This document shows, in pieces, positions 59,152 to 64,000 of a stretch of 64,000 nucleotides of DNA (positions within the stretch are counted from its first letter, which is position 1; each line of letters opens with the position of its first letter). The position numbers and the translations under genes were made by a program. The notes beneath the pieces are model-generated. The model had not been told where the DNA came from, did no database searches, and worked only from the letters and a program-made list of their open reading frames with translations. Origin of the DNA: a virus (taxonomy: Duplodnaviria > Heunggongvirae > Uroviricota > Caudoviricetes); the IMG/VR virus record IMGVR_UViG_3300042894_001948. One strand, 5' to 3'.

Positions 59152-59375
59152 ATAGTTCTCACTGGGATCAATGCGCATTTCATATCATCCAACTGACCCA
59201 TAAGATCATGCTGATGCCAACATACTGGGCGTTTGGGTATATCAGGAGTAGCGTGCCGTAGTTCCATTATAGTAGGAAGCCTCCAATCGTAGTGATTGTT
59301 ATAGGTTAGCGTCATGCAGTATAGTTCAGCTTCATCTATAGTAACAAACTTGATCATAGGTGCTTGTTCAAACAT
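59148..59375 (-). CDS. DUF1566-like array member
   Basis: YDWRLPTIMEL...IPVRT. Confidence 0.75.
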   Translation of the reverse strand: MFEQAPMIKFVTIDEAELYCMTLTYNNHYDWRLPTIMELRHATPDIPKRPVCWHQHDLMGQLDDMKCALIPVRTI

Positions 59376-59586
59376 CTTTATCTCTCACTGGAATTACATA
59401 AAGTTCCATCCATAGGACCATATCGGGTATTCTATCAATATGCCAAGTAGTAGCTGGGAAGTGGTTGTGTTCTTTTGATGTAGGCATACGCCAGTCATAT
59501 TTTCGTCTATCGGTACAGGTATAACAATACAGCAGTGCTTCGTCATACTCTAATTGTTGTGCTGATTGATATCCTGTTTCAATCAT
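59368..59586 (-). CDS. DUF1566-like array member
   Basis: YDWRMPT...IPVRD. Confidence 0.75.
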   Translation of the reverse strand: MIETGYQSAQQLEYDEALLYCYTCTDRRKYDWRMPTSKEHNHFPATTWHIDRIPDMVLWMELYVIPVRDKDV

Positions 59587-59828
59587 AAATCTCTCACTGG
59601 TATCACATACCATGCTCTGCGCCATGCTGGCTTGCTTTCATACCACGCTCCAGACATTAAATCCTCGTCAAAATACTCTTTTCTGGTTGGTAATCGCCAA
59701 TCATAATATCCCCTATGGTCACATGTTAAACAGGTCAAAAACGCATCATCATATGAGTTAATGCCTCGAGATGTTAACTCAAACAACGAGTTGTTAACTC
59801 TTTCTAATTTTGGTCCAAACTCTATCAT
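59583..59828 (-). CDS. DUF1566-like array member
   Basis: YDWRLPT...IPVRD. Confidence 0.75.
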   Translation of the reverse strand: MIEFGPKLERVNNSLFELTSRGINSYDDAFLTCLTCDHRGYYDWRLPTRKEYFDEDLMSGAWYESKPAWRRAWYVIPVRDL

Positions 59829-60082
59829 ACATCCCTCACTGGAATAACTTTAGCTTTAAAGGGAACCACTGACCTGTTATCTAGATCAAACATTTCAAAC
59901 AATGGGTCACGTACTGTGTTTTCAGTCCACACTAATATTACTTCTCGGTTTAGTATTTGTCTCATTTGAGGTAGTTCTTCAAATGTAGGCAAGCGATAAC
60001 CCTGTTGGAAGAATATGTGCATCAATGCTTCGTTTTGTGTAGATTGTTCAAGCCATAGTTCTTTAGGTGCTAGTTCTATCAT
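59825..60082 (-). CDS. DUF1566-like array member (GYRLPT subtype)
   Basis: GYRLPTFEEL...IPVRD. Confidence 0.7.
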   Translation of the reverse strand: MIELAPKELWLEQSTQNEALMHIFFQQGYRLPTFEELPQMRQILNREVILVWTENTVRDPLFEMFDLDNRSVVPFKAKVIPVRDV

Positions 60083-60360
60083 CTGTATCTCTTATTAAAC
60101 AGTATGTCTTTATTATAACACGTTATGCTGGGTATGTAAACAAATTTAACATCTCTCACAGGGGTTAAGTACCAGTTAGTAAACTCATCTACTTTTTCGC
60201 GATGCCACGACTTTTCTATAGCTCGGGCAGGACCGTAGTAGTATTCGTATTCGGTAGGCATGCGCCAGTCTTTCTTTCCATTATGTACAAACATGAATAA
60301 GTTTAATATGGCTTCGTCGTATGTCATACGTTGTGCGAATCTTGGGGCTATTTCAATCAT
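60079..60360 (-). CDS. DUF1566-like array member with C-terminal extension
   Basis: KDWRMPT...TPVRD. Confidence 0.75.
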   Translation of the reverse strand: MIEIAPRFAQRMTYDEAILNLFMFVHNGKKDWRMPTEYEYYYGPARAIEKSWHREKVDEFTNWYLTPVRDVKFVYIPSITCYNKDILFNKRYR

Positions 60361-60584
60361 AAGTCTCTCACTGGGGTTATTGTCCAATAGATTGGGCCGT
60401 ATGATAACTCATGTTCAAATACATATAAGTCATATTCATTCCAGCCAGTAAGATTATGTTTGCTTGATTCATGTAGGGTAGGCAGACGCCAGTCATACTT
60501 GTTGTTGTGTGTACAAGTCCAAACATATAGGAATGCTTCATCTCTGTGTAGTTGAATAGATGGGAGAGCTAGTTCAAGTTTCAT
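60357..60584 (-). CDS. DUF1566-like array member
   Basis: YDWRLPT...TPVRD. Confidence 0.75.
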   Translation of the reverse strand: MKLELALPSIQLHRDEAFLYVWTCTHNNKYDWRLPTLHESSKHNLTGWNEYDLYVFEHELSYGPIYWTITPVRDL

Positions 60585-60838
60585 AGGTCTCTCACTGGGG
60601 TTACATAACGAACTATATCACTACTATGTTCTCCGTGATCATCCCACCCTATCAATGGTGGATTATGGCTTAGCCATTCTTGTAACGTAGGCAACCTCCA
60701 ATCTCTATGTCCATTGTGTTCATAGAACATGATATACATCTTAGCATGGTCGTACGTCATCATTTCATTAGACGTTGGAGCTACTTCAATCAAATGGTGA
60801 AACCTTATATTATTAGCATAGTAACTAACCTGGGTCAT
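60581..60838 (-). CDS. DUF1566-like array member
   Basis: RDWRLPT...TPVRD. Confidence 0.75.
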   Translation of the reverse strand: MTQVSYYANNIRFHHLIEVAPTSNEMMTYDHAKMYIMFYEHNGHRDWRLPTLQEWLSHNPPLIGWDDHGEHSSDIVRYVTPVRDL

Positions 60839-61074
60839 AGCGATCGTACAGGCACTACTCGCATTTTAGCAGGTTGTTGATGTACTTTCTCTGCAAGCTG
60901 ATCTCTGTCTTCATACCATTTAGGTATTACGTTACCTGGGTAGCGTAGCATTGTCTGAAAGTATTCCTGTTCAGTTGGAAGCCTCCAAGTGCCTACTGGC
61001 TCATGCCAGAAGCAATACATATATGCCGCATCATAGTTTAAGTCTTCTTCTGATTTCTTACCATATTCTATCAT
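60835..61074 (-). CDS. DUF1566-like array member
   Basis: TWRLPT...VPVRS. Confidence 0.75.
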   Translation of the reverse strand: MIEYGKKSEEDLNYDAAYMYCFWHEPVGTWRLPTEQEYFQTMLRYPGNVIPKWYEDRDQLAEKVHQQPAKMRVVPVRSL

Positions 61075-61313
61075 GTTATATCTCTCAGTGGTATAGCTGT
61101 TCCGGTTTCGTCGTCTGGTATAGCGTCGCTATCTATTGCATCTAATGTCCATGCGTCCCACATAGTGTGGTCTATATCTAATATATTATCTTGTAGTGAA
61201 TGCATCTCTTCAAGGGTTCCAATCCTATAGCCTTTTGTCATAAAGATATACATCTTAGCTTCTGTTTTTGTTACGTTATACTTCCACATCTCCGGTGGAG
61301 CTAGTTCTATCAT
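61071..61313 (-). CDS. DUF1566-like array member (GYR subtype)
   Basis: GYRIGT...IPLRD. Confidence 0.7.
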   Translation of the reverse strand: MIELAPPEMWKYNVTKTEAKMYIFMTKGYRIGTLEEMHSLQDNILDIDHTMWDAWTLDAIDSDAIPDDETGTAIPLRDIT

Positions 61314-61690
61314 TTCTTGTCCCGTACTGGTTGTGCATACCAGTCTTTATCTGTTACTACGTTGTCCTTTTCAACTAGCCATACAGGTGTCTCCCAACCG
61401 TTAATAGTTTCCCATTCTTCACGCGTTGGAAGTCTCCAGTTGCTATGCCCGAGATGTCTACAAAAGAGAATATACATTTGAGCTTCATCAAATGACATTT
61501 TGTTTTGTGACCTAGGAGCTACTTCTATGTTTAACATTGTTCTGCCTGCCCATCTAAGTACCGGCTTAATAACTTGTTCGCCAAGTCCTGTCCTTAACTC
61601 TTGCATATGGCTGTTACTGATTATTGGGCGTGAAAAATATGAACTTTGCAGTGGCCGCATTGGTGGCGGGTTGGTTGGTATTAATCCCAT
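61310..61690 (-). CDS. DUF1566-like array member with N-terminal extension
   Basis: SNWRLPT...QPVRD. Confidence 0.7.
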   Translation of the reverse strand: MGLIPTNPPPMRPLQSSYFSRPIISNSHMQELRTGLGEQVIKPVLRWAGRTMLNIEVAPRSQNKMSFDEAQMYILFCRHLGHSNWRLPTREEWETINGWETPVWLVEKDNVVTDKDWYAQPVRDKK

Positions 61691-61878
61691 GTTGTACCTG
61701 CTTCACGTATTCTATCGTGGATGTCTCTTTTTGATTCAACAATATTAAACTGATGGCTTCCTACTACAATCAGACCATCGTGAAATGCTACAATGTCTTT
61801 TACTCTAATGTCTATTTTGTATGTGTCTACTTGTACTGTTGACTTATGGACTACTCTGTTTAATGTTATAAAGCTCAT
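61681..61878 (-). CDS. Hypothetical protein
   Basis: TAAGGA RBS. Confidence 0.6.
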   Translation of the reverse strand: MSFITLNRVVHKSTVQVDTYKIDIRVKDIVAFHDGLIVVGSHQFNIVESKRDIHDRIREAGTTWD

Positions 61879-61935
61879 GATATTTCCTTAAAGAGGATTG
61901 GCGTAGTAGTGATTATACCTACTACGCCAATAATG

Positions 61936-62181
61936 TTATTCGGATTTGCTAATCTGTTGACCAAAGCTAATTAAGTAATTACCAAAACATCCGCGCTGTA
62001 TCATTAGTTTAGTATCGGCGTCTGGTGCTAAGGTCCTAGCAGTTTCCATACATTGATTAAGTTGTGTACCTTCTGGTGAATCATCATCTGGGATTGAATA
62101 GACCCATATACCAAATATCAATACAGTTGCAGTAATGATATACGAGAAGATGTTGATAGCGGTAATTACGTGTTGTTTCAT
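61936..62181 (-). CDS. Membrane-anchored hypothetical protein
   Basis: N-terminal hydrophobic segment. Confidence 0.65.
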   Translation of the reverse strand: MKQHVITAINIFSYIITATVLIFGIWVYSIPDDDSPEGTQLNQCMETARTLAPDADTKLMIQRGCFGNYLISFGQQISKSE

Positions 62182-62196
62182 GTGTTTCCTTATAAG

Positions 62197-62472
62197 TTAT
62201 TGGATACGATAGCTAAAGCGATAGTCCGCATTAGGATCAATTTTGCGCATTTGCGCTCTAGTGTCAGTTCTTGGAAGATGAATCTGTTTGGGGGCTTGTG
62301 CCTCTACACAACAGTTCACTTCTAATTTAGTTGGGCATACTTCATACAGACTTTGGCCTGAACAACGAACGTGTGCATAAAACCCAGTAGGGTCTTTATA
62401 AGCTGGAATAGTAACTAATGGATCAGCCATTACGTTGGATGTTAGAGCTAATGCTAGTAATACACGTTTCAT
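62197..62472 (-). CDS. Putative secreted Cys-containing protein
   Basis: MKRVLLALALTSNVMA signal-like N-terminus. Confidence 0.65.
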   Translation of the reverse strand: MKRVLLALALTSNVMADPLVTIPAYKDPTGFYAHVRCSGQSLYEVCPTKLEVNCCVEAQAPKQIHLPRTDTRAQMRKIDPNADYRFSYRIQ

Positions 62473-62475
62473 ATC

Positions 62476-62637
62476 TTACTCCCAAGTATGTTCTACAGTT
62501 TGCTCAGTGTCAATAACATCTTGCATTTCGTCTAACATATCTGTTAGTTCTTTATCTGAATACAAGCCTGGGTTCTCAATATAAGACATTGCACGATCTA
62601 ATAATTGGATTAACTCGTTACGTGTGTAGTTTGGCAT
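62476..62637 (-). CDS. Small acidic protein (53 aa)
   Basis: AGGAG RBS; MPNYTRNELIQLLD...; below the ORF-track cutoff. Confidence 0.55.
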   Translation of the reverse strand: MPNYTRNELIQLLDRAMSYIENPGLYSDKELTDMLDEMQDVIDTEQTVEHTWE

Positions 62638-62647
62638 AGTAGTCTCC

Positions 62648-62848
62648 TTAAAGTGATTGGATTGCTTGTTCTAAGTATGCAAAGGTAACTGTTTTTTTAG
62701 TACCCTTAGGTAATCCTAACAACTGGCAAGCTAAGGTGTTAGCTGATTTGCCGCGGCCCTTTAATCCCTTAATCTCTAAGCCTAGTGCAGACTTTAAGGT
62801 TAGCAGTTTGTACTTGTTAATCTGTTCCGGGGTAGTTAAGGCGTACAT
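62648..62848 (-). CDS. Small basic hypothetical protein
   Basis: GGAGC RBS; own promoter. Confidence 0.6.
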   Translation of the reverse strand: MYALTTPEQINKYKLLTLKSALGLEIKGLKGRGKSANTLACQLLGLPKGTKKTVTFAYLEQAIQSL

Positions 62849-62918
62849 TGTTGTGCTCCGCATTGTGTGTTAGTAAGTGCATAGTATAACATACTATGCA
62901 CTGGTAAGCAAATGGTAA

Positions 62919-63350
62919 TTAAATCAAAGTTAGTACCGGGTCTGGCTTACATGGTTGATCAATGCGCTCTAACGGCCTAAAGTAATTGCTAACAACCAAC
63001 TTAAGATGTTTAGGCGTAGGATTTTCTTCAACTAAATCTTCTATTTCCCAACCATAGATTTCTTTAGGTGAAAGTAGTTCTGTATCTAACACACTATCTT
63101 GCAAGTGTTCAATTAAGTCATACAGTTTTGTTGCTACCTCATGTTCAACTGTCTTAAGCCATAGCTTAATGGATGGCATAGTGTTCCACTTAATGTCGTC
63201 GTCACCATGCCATAGTTTATCAATAATGTGATGCATTGTTGCTGCTTCAGATGCATCATGTTTCTCTAACCACGATCTAAAAAAACGCAAATCGATCCAA
63301 TGAACATCTTCTAAATATATACTAACTGATTTAGTGTTTACTTGTGACAT
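62919..63350 (-). CDS. Hypothetical protein
   Basis: Own promoter; AGGAGC RBS. Confidence 0.65.
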   Translation of the reverse strand: MSQVNTKSVSIYLEDVHWIDLRFFRSWLEKHDASEAATMHHIIDKLWHGDDDIKWNTMPSIKLWLKTVEHEVATKLYDLIEHLQDSVLDTELLSPKEIYGWEIEDLVEENPTPKHLKLVVSNYFRPLERIDQPCKPDPVLTLI

Positions 63351-63396
63351 AATGCTCCTTTGTTGTTTAACTTAAAAACATATTATAGCAAAGTTA

Positions 63397-63660
63397 TTAC
63401 TGAACTGCAACTGGTGTTTGCGCCGTGATGGCGTATGTATAGTTGTGTCGGCTAACTGAGTTGTGACAATGTACACCGTTAATCCATGTTGGGTCTTTTG
63501 CTAGTTGATCGTTGTGTATCTTGTTCATCACTTGTATAGAATGCAATGCTTTCTGTGGAGTAACAATCGGTTGTTGAACTTCTTTTTGTTTAGCATACAC
63601 TTCCATAACATATTTGGCATCTGATAGTATTGCTGATACGCATGATATTGAGTTTGACAT
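63397..63660 (-). CDS. Hypothetical protein
   Basis: AGGAGA RBS. Confidence 0.6.
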   Translation of the reverse strand: MSNSISCVSAILSDAKYVMEVYAKQKEVQQPIVTPQKALHSIQVMNKIHNDQLAKDPTWINGVHCHNSVSRHNYTYAITAQTPVAVQ

Positions 63661-64000
63661 ATAATCTCCTTTTTTGTTTTGTTTTTGCTTGTTTTTATTT
63701 ACTTAATACATTGTATTACTTTATAATTTACGCGCTGGATACCAGCTTTAACACATGATTTTTTGCTGTAAAATATTAAACTTTACAGCAAAATTAACGC
63801 AGTTAAATGGTGTAAAGGTAAACGCCGTTGCCCATATCCACTACACCCGGAGCAGGTATGAGTTCATACTCATAAGAAATAGTAGCGTAGAGAAACCACG
63901 CTACCAAAAATAGTATTTCAATTATTGTTCTTTTACTTAGCATATCCGTAATTACCTAAAAGTTGGACTATCAAAATCTTCATCAGTCCATATTGCAGTA

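Larger units (their letters stand above)
56623..61690 (-). repeat. Tandem array of 22 paralogous mini DUF1566/Lcl-like genes
   Basis: Recurrent MIE.AP...YDEA.LYC.T..H...YDWRLPT..E...W...V.PVR; 4- or 8-bp start/stop overlaps. Confidence 0.9.

Noticed and set aside
56623-61690. Diversity-generating retroelement
   Set aside because: No reverse transcriptase or template/variable repeat pair differing only at adenines was seen in the window; one could exist elsewhere in the genome
61897-61931. 13-bp inverted repeat upstream of the array operon (similar hairpins at 30649-30676 and 63761-63793)
   Set aside because: Ordinary intergenic hairpins with no further support for a special role
1-64000. 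Stop-codon reassignment
   Set aside because: Core genes are full length in the standard code, and TAA, TAG and TGA all end genes

Overview
64 kb of an AT-rich, T4-related (probably jumbo) myophage genome in the standard genetic code. 1-43.6 kb is a conserved core: tail-fibre and Cys-rich fibre genes, a glycosyltransferase/carbamoyltransferase/methyltransferase/NUDIX cluster, neck, sheath, tube, head and terminase genes, and gp32/UvsX/UvsY/UvsW/mini-DnaE/primase/helicase. The large terminase is fractured into two genes by an atypically split intein with a free-standing GIY-YIG endonuclease between the halves. 43.6-56.6 kb is a repeat-rich early region of promoter-hairpin-gene-terminator cassettes. 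It contains long islands with no GA, GG, TC or CC dinucleotide, including one whole transcription unit whose protein has no D, E, G, P or W. It also has two families of dispersed oriented motifs and a three-hairpin RNA whose loops are complementary to the early-gene ribosome-binding sites. 56.6-61.7 kb is a tandem, translationally coupled array of 22 divergent mini DUF1566/Lcl-like genes. No tRNA, rRNA or CRISPR array was recognised. Everything was read by eye; no database search or computation was run.
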